From assembly GCF_009914755.1 (NCBI RefSeq), contig NC_060932.1: a DNA stretch of 64,000 nucleotides; one strand, written 5' to 3'. The DNA is from the human T2T-CHM13v2.0 reference genome, Homo sapiens. A program made the translations under genes and the position numbers. How positions within the stretch are numbered: position 1 is the first letter of the stretch; each line of letters opens with the position of its first letter. Positions 1 through 12,437 of the stretch are shown piece by piece. The notes under the pieces are model-generated. The model worked only from the letters and a program-made list of their open reading frames with translations, did not search any database and was not told where the DNA came from.

Positions 1-630
1 TACTTAAAATGTTTTCAAATTAATTAGTAATTCTGCAATTTAGAAAGTAGTCAGTAGTAAACTATGAATAGAATAATTTCATATGCAATTGAAGATTATA
101 AATGTTCTTACATATGTAAAGCTTCCACATTTTTGTTGATCATCACTGCCTTTTCCTTATGATATACAGTTTTATAAAATCTTGGTTAGTTGTGACATAG
201 GAACCCAAATGCTCTTCCTTTAAATTGTTATGTCATATAAAGCACTTTTTAGTAAACCTTTTATAGTTTATTATAGTCTTCTGACATAAACCATGCATAT
301 TTTTGCATGGTTTATTTTTAATACAAATTTTAACAAATAATTATGTTTGTTATTTAAAAGTAGAAAATTATAATGGATGAAAAGCAGTACCCCTTGTAGT
401 CTTAGCACAGAGTGATAAATACCACTTTGTTTTTTACTGAATTGTTAAATTTAAAATATAATTAAATCAAGAATTTTTCACAATGTCAGGAACATTGATT
501 TCGAAATGAGCACGTATTTTCAAAGTGTAATTGAAGTTCCCAAAATTCTCACTTTCATTTACTGTTTGATTGTAGATTGTCATTTATAACTTTGGTTTTT
601 AAAATTTTAAAATACCATATTCGATTTCAT

Positions 631-702
631 TTTTTCGTATTTATTTATTTATTTATTATACTTTAAGTTCTGAGATACATGTACAGAACGTGCAGGTTTG
701 TT
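631..702 (-). mobile_element. Very short L1PA 3' end (tail plus ~45 bp)
   Basis: (TATT)n followed by TATACTTTAAGTTCTGAGATACATGTACAGAACGTGCAGGTTTGTT, the reverse complement of the L1PA 3' terminus. Confidence 0.85.
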
Positions 703-1130
703 CATATTTAATCTCTTAATTATTAAAGCAATAAATACTTATTTGGAAAAATAAAGAAAACCTTAAGAAGCAAATTGAAATTTCTGATTGCTATTTGATA
801 TTCAAAACTTTGACTAAAAAATAATTCTAAGTTTTTAATAGCAACGTCTCCATTTCTATATTCCAAAGGACAAAGAGAATAACGCAGCAAAAATTACTGA
901 ATGAAAATTGAGATACTAAAAGTAACAAATGCAAACCTATAGATATAACACATGTAAAGGTAAACATTTGAATGGGAAATACAATATTTAAATCCGTCTG
1001 TATAGTGTTTTCTCTATTGAGTCACTATGGTTTGCTTTTAACGCATGTCTGAATACGTTCAATCAGCCTTTTGCTAAACGTCCAAGGGGGAAGAAATAAT
1101 CTTTTATAGGCATTGCCTCATGGTAGATAA

Positions 1131-1198
1131 TTCTGACTTCCCTAATCTACCTAGGTGTATTTATATATTTTGACTTCCCTTATCTACCTGGGTACATT
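1131..1198. repeat. Diverged 37-bp-period tandem duplication
   Basis: TTCTGACTTCCCTAATCTACCTAGGTGTATT (1131-1161) vs TTTTGACTTCCCTTATCTACCTGGGTACATT (1168-1198), 26/31 identical. Confidence 0.85.
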
Positions 1199-1689
1199 CC
1201 TACAAAACAGAAAAATGCCAAGTGATATCTTGGAATATCAACTTATTTCTAAATATATCAACAATCAAATGAACAGCATTTGTTCATTAAAGACTGATAG
1301 ACACGTGCATACATTATGCATACATACATGTATGTATACATACATTATACATTCCTTACAACCTCCCTCAGTAAATCATTCAGAGACTTAATTCTTTGTT
1401 AAAAACTTTTTTTTTCTTTTTACAAACTGAAAGTTTGTATATTTTAATTTTGGCATTGTTCTTTATTTATTTTCCAAAAATATTTATCTTCTATACATTA
1501 AGACAAGGGTTGGTTATAGATAAAATCACAAGGAAGCAATCTTATCTTGAATCTTGTTCAACCACATCTTTGATTTACTTTTTTCCCTCCTATTCAAAAA
1601 GTCTTCAAAGCCTTTTTCTCACAGCCCATGCATTAATGTGAAACACAGGGACGGGTATCCATTGTTGAGGCTCTGCTAGCTCGGAAGAG

Positions 1690-1890
1690 CTATGCCAGGT
1701 GTCTTAGCACATCTCAGTGAGCCTCAAAACAACTTTTTAAGCTTCAATTTACAAACTAAAATAAATAAATAAATAAATAAAGCTCAAAGCATCTTAGCAG
1801 CCAAAGTCACACAGATAATTAGTAAATACTGAAACTTATATTTGAACCCTGCTCTCTGAGACTCCAGATCTGTGCTTATAATAATCACTC
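1690..1890 (-). mobile_element. MIR SINE fragment
   Basis: GCCAAAGTCACACAG...ATTTGAACCC...CTGAGACTCCAGATCTGTGCT resembles the reverse complement of the MIR 5' half. Confidence 0.7.
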
Positions 1891-1929
1891 TATCACAGTG
1901 ATCTTTTAGTTATTTTCAAGGTGTTAATG

Positions 1930-2340
1930 TTTTATTATGAAATATTTTAGACAGACAAGAAGCATAAATATAATATGGCATATATCGCTGCTTTTATCTA
2001 TCACCTTAAAAAACAAATCCTCACTTTCTTCCTGCAAAGGGATCCACTATTTTGAATCTGCTGCTTCTTGTTCCAATGCAACTATAGACCTCTGTTTGGT
2101 TCTCAAATAATGAGTTTTTATTTTCCATGGTTTAAACTTTATGCAATATACATGTACGCTACATAGTATGCATTTGTCTACAACTTTTCCACCTCAAACA
2201 TGCTGATTATGGTAACTCTAGCTCATTCATTTCCACAGTTGCTAAATATTCTACAGCTGGATAATGCCACAGTTTAACTATTCCTCTATACATTACAATT
2301 ATGTAGTTTGTCTTATTTTCTATTACAAAAAATTCTGCTA
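1930..2340 (-). mobile_element. Old L1 (L1ME-like) 3' UTR fragment
   Basis: Degenerate antisense L1M 3' motifs (TCTAGCTCATTCATTTCCACAGTTGCTAAATATTCT; TTTTCTATTACAAAAAATTCTGCT). Confidence 0.5.
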
Positions 2341-2344
2341 GGAA

Positions 2345-4040
2345 TTTTATTTTTACTTCTGTTTTTAACAACTTTACTGGGGTTTAACCGATATACCAAA
2401 AGACTGAACATGTTTAATGGATACAATTTGATGACTTTGGACATATGCATTACTCATGATATTCGAGGTAATAAATATATCATCAGGTCTAAAGTTTACT
2501 TGTGTCCCCCCCTTTTTTTGTTTTTTGGTATGGTAAGAATGCCTATCATGACATCTATTCTTTTAATGAATTTCTAACTGCACAATATCATGTTGTTCAC
2601 TATAGGTGCTACATTGTACAACAGATCTCTAGATTCTGTTGTTTATCTCACATAACTGAAACTTTACACGCATCAACAACTCCCCATTTGCTCCTCATCC
2701 AGGCCCTTGGCAGCCAGCATTCTATTATCTGCTTTCATGAGAATGACCAGTTGAGATAACTCATATGAATAGAATCATACAATATTTGTCTTTCTGAGAC
2801 TGGCTTATTTTTACATAACGGACTGTCCTTCTGGTTCATCCACATTGTCACAAATGGCAGAGATCTCTTTTAAGGCTAAACTATATTCTATTGTATGTAT
2901 TATATGCTGCCTTTTAATCCAGTCATCTTTGGATAGACACGTGGGCTGCTTTCATACACTGGATATTATGAACAATGCAGCAATGAATATAGCAGTGCAG
3001 ACAGCTCTTCAAAATTTTGATTTCAGTTTTTTAAATATATATACTCAGAAGTGGGATTTCCAGATTATATGGTATTTCTTCTTATTTGATAATTTCAACA
3101 TTTATTTTAGATTCAAGGGGTAAAATGTGCAGGTTTGTTGCGTGGTTATATTGTGTGATGCTGAGGTTTGGGGTAGGAATGTTCCCACCACCCAGATAGT
3201 GAACATAGCACCCAATAGATAGTTTTTCAACCCTTTGCCCCCACCTCCCCTCCCCAGTAGTTCCCACTGGACTATATAGTATTTTTATCTTTCATTTTTT
3301 TGAGGACTTTTCATACTGTTTCCCATAGTAGCTGCATAATTTTAAATTCCCACCAATAGTGTACAAGCGTTCAAACTTCGCCACATCCTCATTAAACGTG
3401 TCATCTTTTGTTTGAAACTAGTCATCCCATACAGCTGTGAGGTGATATCTCATTGTGGTTTTGACTCGTATTTCCCTGATGATCAGTGATACTGAGCACC
3501 TTTTCATATACCTAATGCCCACGTGTATGCCCTCTTTGGAGAAATGTCTATTTAACTCTTTTGCCCATTTGTAGTCATGTTATTCTTTTTTTTTTTTTTT
3601 TTTTGCTGTTAAATTGTAGGAGTTTCTTACATAGTTTGAATATTAACCCATCATCAGATAAGTGGTTTGCAAATACTTTCTCCCATTACATAGGCTCCTT
3701 TTTACTCTGCTACTTGTTTGCTTTGCTATGCAGAAGCTTTTTAGTTTGAGGTAGTCCCATTTCTCTGTTTTTGCTTTGTTGCCTGTGCTTTTTGTATCAT
3801 ATCCAGGAAATCATTGTCAAACCCAGTATCATAAAGCTTTTCCCTTATGTTTCCTCCTAAGAGTTTTATGATTTTAGATCTTATCTTTAAGTCTTTAATC
3901 CACTTTGATTTTTCTAAATCGTGTAAGGTAGTAGCCCAATTTCATTCTTTCGTATGTAGATACCTAGTATTCTCAAAACCGTTTGTTGAAGAGACTGTCA
4001 TTTCCCCATTGCATATTCTTGATACCCTGTTGATAAGTAA
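2345..4040 (-). mobile_element. L1MA/L1MB-type LINE-1, 3' UTR and ORF2 C-terminus
   Basis: Continuous antisense L1 sequence (GTGAGGTGATATCTCATTGTGGTTTTGACT, GCAGAAGCTTTTTAGTTTGAGGTAGTCCCATTT); interrupted at 3080-3266. Confidence 0.9.
3080..3266 (-). mobile_element. L1PA15/16-like 3' fragment nested in the older L1
   Basis: TTTTAGATTCAAGGGGTAAAATGTGCAGGTTTGTT...; diverged TSD CCAGATTATATGGTATTTCT (3060-3079) / CTGGACTATATAGTATTTTT (3267-3286). Confidence 0.85.
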
Positions 4041-4044
4041 TAAG

Positions 4045-4577
4045 TGATTTTTCTCTAGCTGCTTGCAAAATTCTCTGTGCCCTTGACTTTTGACAATTTG
4101 ATTATAATATGTGTCTTCTTTGGGTGTCAATATCTTTAGATTCATCTGATTTGGGATAGTTTGAGCTTAACGAATCTAGGTGTCCATTTCTCTCCCCAGA
4201 TTTGAGATGTTTTCAGCCATTATTTCTTTAAATGAGCTTTCTGCCCTTTTCCCTCTTCTTATTCTGGAACTTTCATAATGTGCTTATTTGTTGTCCTAAT
4301 GATGTCCCAGAGGGCCCGTGGGCTTTCTCCACTCTTCCCCTTTTTTTTCTTTTTGTTCCTCTAACTTGATAATTCCAAATTACTTGTCTTCAGGTTTGGA
4401 GATTATTTCTTCTCCTTGATCAGGTCTCCTGCTGAATATCTATATTTTTCAGCTCAGTTATTGTATGTACTCTTCAGCTCCAGAGTTTCTGTTTCTTTAA
4501 GATAATTATTTAGAATTTTTTGTCAGTCAGTTCATAGGTCTCCATTTCCTTAAGGTCAGTTACCAGAGATTTACTGT

Positions 4578-4615
<38 letters not shown>

Positions 4616-5620
4616 TAGTGTCATGTTTCCCTGATTCTTTGTTTTACTTCAGATTTCAGTAGCTATTTGTGCATTTGAAGTATATCCACTTTGTCCAGCC
4701 TTTACAGGCCTTGCTTTGGTAGGGAAAGACCTCCTCAATTAACCCTGCTAGTGTATCTGGAAGTTTCCAAAATCTTTTATATGTATTTGCACACTTTACC
4801 CTTCTCCCTACCTGCTGGGGAGAAATCTCAAGATTGTGCATCTTCTCCTAATCCCTCAGATCCATGCCAGGTGCCGAAAGCCACAGGCTCCTTTTTCCTT
4901 GGGCAGCTCAATAAAATGTTGGGACATTGAGTATAAGTTACACTTCTTTCCCTCCTGCCTAAACAAGAAGTTTTAGAATTATGTACCTTCTCCCAATCCT
5001 ACTGAACTAAGCCAGCTTCTGAGGTCTACACATCCAGCTGAGAGCTCCATGTGCTGGCTGCTAAGATCCATGCCATCTGCTAAGATCTGTGCCATCAGCT
5101 TGAGAGCTGCATATGCTATGGATATATGCCCCATCAGATAAGATCCACTCTGTCAATTGAGATTCAAGTCAGCTGCTGAGAGCCACAATGGCTGTTAACA
5201 TCTGCACCAGCTGCTGAGAGCCACTTACCCCTTTTCTTTGTTCTTAGCTTCCCCCAGGCATTCTAACTATGCTAGATTCCCTTAGCACTCTGAGTGTGAT
5301 AAGACAAAAGCAGGTCTTTTGAGCGGTGCCCCAAAAGCCTGCGGATGTTAGATGCCCACTGATTCCCTTTCCCTGATGGGAGAAATCACAGGTTGAGGGA
5401 ATCTCCCTCAGTACTAGGGTGTGCTGGCTTGAGGGAGTGGGTGATTAGAAACTGCTCTTCTTATCATTTTAATGTGATTATTCTTGGTTTTGTGCGATCC
5501 CGGAGCATTGTAACCTCTTATCTGGATTCCTGAGTTCTCATAAAGCTATTTTGGTCCATATGTGGCACCAAATCAGTCTATTTGTTTTTATGAGAAGATA
5601 AAGAAATATGGACCTTGACA
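4045..5620 (-). mobile_element. L1M ORF1 and 5' UTR
   Basis: Antisense ORF1 (CTTGACTTTTGACAATTTGATTATAAT; ORF 3942-4145 YYNQIVKSQG) followed by GC-richer 5' UTR-like sequence with internal short repeats. Confidence 0.75.
4580..4614. repeat. Poly(T)35 homopolymer
   Basis: 35 uninterrupted T. Confidence 0.95.
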
Positions 5621-7121
5621 CACACACACACAAAAACATATATTCCACTTGTTTCCTCAATTGTATTGGGTTTGGCAGTAACCTTCTAACTCAGAACGAA
5701 GGTAGCCACTTCAGCCTAAAGACACAGAAAATGATGTTCATCCAGTTGAAAAAGCAAGAAATGTACATGAATGTTTACCAAATTCCTCAGTCACTCATAA
5801 GTTTCAGAATGGCATCAGACGTCAGTTCAATTGGAAATAATTCTACATCTGTTTTTCATATACTAGTAACTCAAAGAGTCAGTCATAAACAAGCACCTCC
5901 TCCAGAATGCTAAATGTATAGGTGAGTTTCTGAATTATTTTCTAAAATATACATTCTAGTAATTAAAAAACCTCAAAGTAATCGTATGATGCTGCTGAAG
6001 CTACAGAACATTATGGAATGTTATTGTCTTCATATTCATTCAGTCGTTTAACTAAATATGTTATACAAAGTGATTATAATGTTTATAGATACCAGATATT
6101 GCACTTTTTATATTTAGAATCATTTATTGAAATCTCGTGTTATTTGATGATTCAACAAATGTCTTGCACATAATCAATTACAATCTCAGCTCCCATATCA
6201 TGTCTATTATTGGTTTTATAGAGTAGATGTCACAATTTAGCACTTGTTTTAAATTTATATCTGAAATTTTCTGCACTCAAGACATCCAGCATTCTACAAG
6301 AAAATTCAATTTGAATAATAGTAGCTTGCAAATGCATTTTTTTCTGCATCACTAAAAGGTAAATAACATCATTTGACTTCAATTAAATAAAGTGACACTA
6401 AAATCCTTGTAAGCAAAAATATAACAATGGAAATACATTAGCATGGAAATTTATAGGCAAACCATAAATTAGGCTTTAGAATGTACTGTAATGAGTGTCA
6501 GCTGCTGCAATTTTATTCCTTAAAATGCAAAACAAACTTTACTTGCTAAATTCATGACACAAAGGAATTACGAAAAATTACTTTTCTTTACTATATCCAA
6601 TTCCAGTGTACTTTCAATTAGATAAGAGTTTGATTCACACGAGGATCCAGAAAATACATAATGCCTGAAAAACAGATACATTTATAGCCACAGGGCATTG
6701 TTATATGAGAATGAAGTAATTAGATCTCTAAATTACTCCATTGTTTAATTCAATTCAATTAAATATATCCTCTAAATATCTCTGGTATTTTCAGCAATTT
6801 TCCTTATCATTATAAGAAACAGAAAGTCAAGAAAAAGTTATAATTCTGGGCAGGCCCAATCTTATTTTTTTAGAGACTTTAGGTGGGGTTGGGAGAGAGG
6901 TCTATCCCTTCCTCAGAATCTGTGCTTCTATTTTAGAATCCTGTACAGTTCTGAGGCAGATACCTTACAGTACAAGAGTCATTTATCCTGACAGGCACTG
7001 TCCTTCTTCTCATCATCATGACCCTGAGGACCGGGATGAGCTTGAATGAGTCCAAGTTCTACATGGGGTTCTGAGATCTTCCTTGAGGTCACCAGTTGTT
7101 CTGCTTGCTTAAATCACTCTT

Positions 7122-7582
<461 letters not shown>

Positions 7583-9761
7583 CTTAAATGACTCTTGTAA
7601 CCATTTCCCCTCTGGAATATCGCTGGCCTTTTGGCTTCTCTGCTGGAAGCTGAGGACATGTCACTTGTGCTTTGAAATCCCCATCTCCAATGTCACCATC
7701 TCCCTTCACGTCAAGCTGGGAAAACTTTCTAGTTTCAGTGAAATCCTTCTGCCTTTGTGTTTATGGTTAAGATATTTTATCTATGTCTCAATCTTCTCAT
7801 GTCTCTAGAGTTTAAAAAGACTTGCAAGAGCCTTCTGCATTCTACCTTGTTTCAAAACTCACTCAAAACAAGCACAAGTCTGACCATTTACTCATATGAA
7901 ATGGCAGGATTGGGAAGTGGGAGGGGAGGGGGAGAATACACAGATTTTAAAACATGATAATGCCTCAAAATATACCACCCAAAACACCTAACTTGCACGG
8001 TTGTAGTAATACTTAGAATTTCTGCATGTAAAATTTGTTGCATATTCTAGAGTTTTTCTGTAATGATAGTTACTATTTTTATTATCATATAGGACCCTAT
8101 AAAATTACTCCCATGATTTAGATTTCTGATATTCCTGCAACAATTATGTGAACAAATTATATATAACAGATGGAAGATATTGAATGGAGTCCCAAGGACT
8201 AGCCAGAGACAGAGCTCAAAGTTAAGCCCCTGATACTTTGAAAATTCAAAGAACATTTAAATTCTAAAAACTACAAATCAAATTTAGACCTAAACAATGA
8301 GCATGGTTTCTGACACATATATCCAATAAGCAATCTTCCTACATTTCTACTGACATTTTCTTAACATCTTCAGTTCTCAGGTTTAACCCCAAAAGACATG
8401 TTGATAATTTGGCAAAGATAGCATACATGTGGTGCCTAATATTTTCAAGGATACAGTTTATTTGAGAGTGGCTACCGTGAGGCTGATTCGAGGGCTACTA
8501 CTATAAGAGAACAAAGAGGCAATATGAATTAGATCAAGGTAGTAATAGTGAGGAAAGAAAGAATTGGATGAATTCTATTTTACATAGATGCCTTCATGAT
8601 TAATCGGCTCAGGTCCTACACTAGGTAACAGAAATTTAAAAACTAGAATACAACCTCTAGTTTCCAGAATCAGTGGCTAAGTAGATAGTGAAGGCATTTC
8701 CTAAGATAGGAAGAACTGGAACTTCAGAAGGTCGCAGAGAATTTTTTTCTAGTTTGATTAATGATATGCTTACCAGTTATTTCCATTTACATGTTTCAAT
8801 GACATTTCAAGTTCACCATATCTTTAATCACTGTCTATACATTATCAATATGCCAATAATTCCCAAATAAATATATCAAGCCTAGACTTTTCTTGAGATT
8901 TCACTTTGTTCTTAGTCTTGATACAGGCTCTGGAATTGTTAGCATATAGACAATAATAAAATTTATATCAGTGGATAAAATTGTCTAAGGAGAGTGTAGA
9001 GTAAATAGGTAGAGAAAAAAGAAATTAAAAAAAATCCTGGAAAACAGTAATTATAAGATGTCAGCAATATGTCGCTGTAGAGCTGACAAGCATTGACTGC
9101 TTTCCTTTTTCCAGAACTGGGCTAAGAATATTTTATACGTTATTTCATGTAACCCCTATAGCAGGGATATCTGTAATAATGCCATGCGGACACAGAATAT
9201 ATTCTAATACTTAATAAGAAATGATGTGTGAAATCAGCAGGAAACTTCAAACAATCACCTCTGTATTATTCTCTGTATTATTTTCTTTAGATTTGAGTAG
9301 AGGCACAAAGGAAGAAAAACTGGTTAAATATTTGCACTCTTTTTAGAAGTTTTTTATGTGTTCTGGAAGTCAGAAATTTTTACAAGTATAAAAAATCCTG
9401 GGGGTCAGGCCAAGTGACATTCAGGTTGATAACAGCGCTTTTCAGGTTTTAAATGTCAGTACTTTTAAGCCAGTCCTAATCTTTCTTGAATCAAATAAAT
9501 GAATAATAAATGTCTGCAAGATTTTTCCATGCATACCCTTATTGAAATCATGCATTCATTTAACAGTACTATGCATTTATAAAGCTGGCTATTGATCAGA
9601 GAGGGTATTGTGATCATTCTTCTTTCTCTGCATTCTATCAAAGGTGCTTAAGATGTTTTGGTAATTCCTTTACATGTCTGTCTTACCCATCAGGCTATGG
9701 GCTCATTGATGGTTGGCGCATAGTTTACTTATCTTCTATATCAAGAAGTTAGAAATGAACA

Positions 9762-9804
9762 TAAAATATATTATAAACTTATATTAAAATATATTATAAA
9801 CTTA
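9762..9804. repeat. Exact 20-bp direct repeat, 23-bp period
   Basis: TAAAATATATTATAAACTTA at 9762-9781 and 9785-9804. Confidence 0.9.
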
Positions 9805-11108
9805 ATAAGTTACGCTTTGAACATTTCACATTTATAAAACTACATTTTTAATAATTTGTGAAGGGCTAAAACACAAAGATTGTCAGTAGATACTTTCTTT
9901 GAGGCCATGGTTAACGGCAGAAAAAACATGGGTCTGGGAGGTAAATACAAGTTTGAATGCTCACTATATATTAGCTTCCTCATTTTTCACTTTTATCCTT
10001 TTCATCTTAATCACCCTAGTCCATTTCTATAACCACTTGCTCACAAAGGACCTCAGCTTCCTTGCCTATCCCTCTGTCCTTGGTACTTAACTGGTAAGAC
10101 TCTAGCTCTAGATAAACCAAATAGCTCTCTCCTCCATGCCTTAATCCATGAAACATGCTAGAGGGAAATCACCCAACCAGGCTCCCTAGTTTGAACTCTG
10201 AATTAATAATCAAAAACCTCAAAGGTACGCTCAAGATTTGCAGGAACTTTACTATTTTTATCTAGCAAACTTGAGATGCCATTCACTAATATTATTTCAC
10301 AACATCTTCTCTCTCTTCAAACTGAGAAAAATCATCAGATGCTAAATACATTTTCTTCACATCATCAAATTTGTAATGAGCCAGCACATGAAAACCTTAC
10401 AAATGGTCTTCAGCGGGACATGGTGTAAGAATAATAATTCAACTTAAAAAATGTCAGTTTATCCATCTACATTCACTTAAAAATTTCAGGCCTGCTAATA
10501 CCTGCAGATCTTCTAGGTAAATCTTACTACATACATCAGTAGGGTGCAGGAATTTAAGTTAGCTTATGTTTTCATTGCAAGTCTTGGAATCATGGCCCTG
10601 ATCTGCTAGCTAGTGTGGTCTACCAACTCTGTGTTCTATCTTCCACCCACATTATGCTTCAAGTACTTCAACTGGATTATTTCATCTATGTATTAAAAGA
10701 AAGTTTATTGAGTGTCATCTATGTGCAAAGCACCATTATAGAAGCTGGTGTAACAGCAGCGAAAATACAAAGTTCCCATACTCATGAAGACGATATTCTT
10801 GTAGGAAGAGTTAGAAAAAACAAACACACATATAAATGGGTAATAGAGTGATAAGTGTTATGAAGAGGAATAAAGCAACGTGGGAAATAACAAGGTCCAT
10901 GCAATTAAGATTTCATTTTATAAGATTGGTAGAGAAGACTTTTTAAATAAAATAATATTTAAGCAGAGTCTCAAAAGTTTTTCACCATGTGCATGTGAGA
11001 AAAACACATGAGGAGGGGACAGCAAGCACAATGGTCCTGAATTGGTGCAGGAGAGAAACAAAAAGCCAGTACGACTAGGTACAGAGTGATCAAAAAGAAG
11101 AGTGTTGA

Positions 11109-11382
11109 GGCTGAGTGCAGTGGTTCACACCTGTAATACCAGCACTTTGAGAGGCCAAAGCAGCCACATGGCTTGAGCCCAGGAGTTCTAAACCAGCCCA
11201 TCTCTCAATAAAAAAATTTTTAAAACATTATCCAGGAATGGTGGCACATCTGTAAAGTCCCAGCTACTCCAGAGGCTGAGGTGGGAGGATCACCTGAGAC
11301 CAGGGAGTTTGAGGCTGCAGTGAGCTGTGATCGCACCACTGCACTCCAGCCTGGGCGACAGAGTGAGTCCCTGTCTCAACAA
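11109..11382 (+). mobile_element. AluJ with ~20-bp deletion in the left arm
   Basis: J-type GAGGTGGGAGGATCACCTGAG...GAGGCTGCAGTGAGCTGTGATCG; left arm reads AAACCAGCC-CATCTCT. Confidence 0.9.
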
Positions 11383-11670
11383 AGAAGAAGAAGGACAATA
11401 AGGAGAAGGAGAATAAGGAGAAGGAGAAGAAGAGAAAGAGGAAGAGGAGGAGGAGGAAGAGGAGGAGGAGGATGGTGGGGAAGAAGAAGAAGAGAAAGAG
11501 GAAGAGGAGGAGGAGGAAGAGGAGGAGGAGGATGGTGGGGAAGAGGAAGAGGAAGAAGAAGGAGGAGGAGGAGAAGGAGAAGAAAAAGAAGTTGAATAAG
11601 GAAGAGGAGGAGGAGGCAAAGGAGAAAAAGAAGAAAGAGAAGGAGAAGAAGAAAGGGTAGGGAGAAGAAG
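11383..11670 (+). repeat. GA-rich low-complexity expansion of the Alu tail with an exact 60-bp tandem duplication
   Basis: (GAA/GGA)n almost pure purine; 11425-11484 identical to 11485-11544. Confidence 0.95.
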
Positions 11671-12437
11671 AGTGCAAAGTTGTGAGTTTAAAGGACTTTG
11701 TGTCCATTGTAAGGATTTTCTTACTATTTTTTTCCAGAGGAGCAAAATAATCTGGTGTGTTTTTAAAACACTAGTGATTACCAGATAGAAAACCAAAGCA
11801 ATAATTCAAGCACCAGATTATAGTGGCTTGGCTGGGATTGGTAAAAGTGAGGTCATAAAATAGGTTAGATCCTGAACATGCTTTGGTCCTTCATCTCCTG
11901 GGACCCTAACCCTCATATAACTGGGCAGGTTGACTTTCCTTCTACCTTCTGACACTCCTCATCTCCTCAACTCTTCCACTATGTACTCTGGAATTTCAAT
12001 TCCATCAATAGCAAAATCTGTTGTGGCCTCAAATTCTTTTGTGAAAGCTTCCTTTGCTTTCTTGTCCAAAAAAGTCCAAATCTTCCCTAAAACATTGCTC
12101 CTGCTGCAGGCACAGGTAGTGGCTGTTTTCTCTCCCATGCCCCTCACAACACCAAGGTTAGAAGACATGGTTCACATCCTCACTGTTCCTCATATTCTCT
12201 TCCAGATGATTCTTGCTCTCAAATCCCACAAACACCCACTTTTGTTTATTGTGTCATCAGACCCTACTACACACTATTCCTCCTTACAACACTCATCTAT
12301 CACTTCTTAGAACACTCATTTCATTCTCTTTGGCTCCTGACCAAAGTCTCTTTCCTCAACACTACCTCTGTCACATGTTTTACTGATTTCTATACTAATG
12401 TACATGATCCTTTTAATCCTTCTTCCTAGGCCCTACC

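Larger units (their letters stand above)
10675..11880 (-). mobile_element. L2 3' portion interrupted by an AluJ
   Basis: TTTATTGAGTGTCATCTATGTGCAAAGCACCATT is the antisense L2 3' end; resumes after 11675 (CCATTGTAAGGATTTTC, GATTATAGTGGCTTGGCT). Confidence 0.7.

Noticed and set aside
5030-5225. CRISPR-like repeat-spacer pattern
   Set aside because: Repeats are degenerate, lack unique regular spacers, and lie within a mammalian L1.
11264-11796. Long ORFs rich in Ser, Phe, Arg/Gly or Lys/Glu (62-168 aa)
   Set aside because: Translations of the GA-rich Alu tail and the Alu itself.
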